From contig JACPGT010000013.1 of the NCBI GenBank assembly GCA_016188965.1, positions 66 through 64,065 on the forward strand: a stretch of 64,000 nt of DNA. The letters run 5' to 3'. Both the position numbers and the translations under genes were made by a program. Of the stretch, positions 63,985 through 64,000 are shown in pieces. The notes beneath the pieces were generated by a model. The model was not told the DNA's origin. It did not search any database and worked only from the letters and a program-made list of their open reading frames with translations. This DNA is from Candidatus Micrarchaeota archaeon (GTDB lineage Archaea > Micrarchaeota > Micrarchaeia > Norongarragalinales > Norongarragalinaceae). Within the stretch, counting starts at the first letter, position 1; each line of letters opens with the position of its first letter.

Positions 63985-64000
63985 AACCACCCGAAACGCT

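Noticed and set aside
1-64000. CRISPR arrays, rRNA genes, transposase/integrase genes, prophage blocks
   Set aside because: No regularly spaced direct repeats with unique spacers, no rRNA-like conserved stretches and no recombinase motifs were recognised in any credible ORF. The only mobile-element-like signals are the small ORF-less inserts at the two tRNA genes and the duplicated map ends.

Overview
GC-rich archaeal chromosomal segment. The archaeal assignment rests on a family-B DNA polymerase, FEN-1 with a C-terminal PIP box, zinc-ribbon MBF1, an NMD3-like protein, a Fap7-like kinase, Sec61-beta, type-2 methionine aminopeptidase, an S26 signal peptidase, and three tRNA genes that each carry a bulge-helix-bulge (BHB) intron. 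The lineage cannot be fixed without a search; a DPANN/Micrarchaeota-like or Thermoplasmatota-like genome is only a guess. All functional calls come from motifs recognised by eye in the supplied translations, and no database search was run. Many long ORFs in the track are antisense or off-frame artefacts of high GC and were discarded. Layout: (1) 25-1000, two tandem small membrane-protein paralogs. (2) 1302-8441, a seven-gene minus-strand cluster joining a complete 2-oxoacid/pyruvate dehydrogenase complex (E1 alpha, E1 beta, E2, E3) with lipoyl synthase and a split lipoate-protein ligase. (3) 9-24 kb, housekeeping genes: tRNA-Gly, cold-shock protein, FEN-1, MBF1, site-2 protease, PolB, a beta-CASP/MBL nuclease and PEP synthase. 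(4) 24.7-28.6 kb and 39.2-45.0 kb, two glycosylation/envelope islands. (5) Several secreted or anchored surface proteins, two of which share a C-terminal module. (6) 46.9-64 kb, mixed genes including a VapBC pair, a 1155-aa anchored helical protein and Sec61-beta. Main second-look items: (a) metK is split between the codons for GHPDK and ICDQ by a 38-nt hairpin element that folds into a BHB-like motif, making it a candidate tRNA-type intron in an mRNA. (b) The last 26 codons of map occur three times in tandem, differing mostly at synonymous sites. (c) tRNA-Arg and tRNA-Ile are each followed by a 135-210 nt hairpin-rich insert that ends in a duplicate of the tRNA 3' end. The insert ends belong to a repeat family with a compensatory-changing stem, and a solo copy lies at 1236. 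(d) Two hairpin-dense intergenic blocks may be structured RNAs. (e) An EF-Tu-like protein has lost its GTPase motifs. No CRISPR array, rRNA or recognisable transposase/integrase gene was seen.
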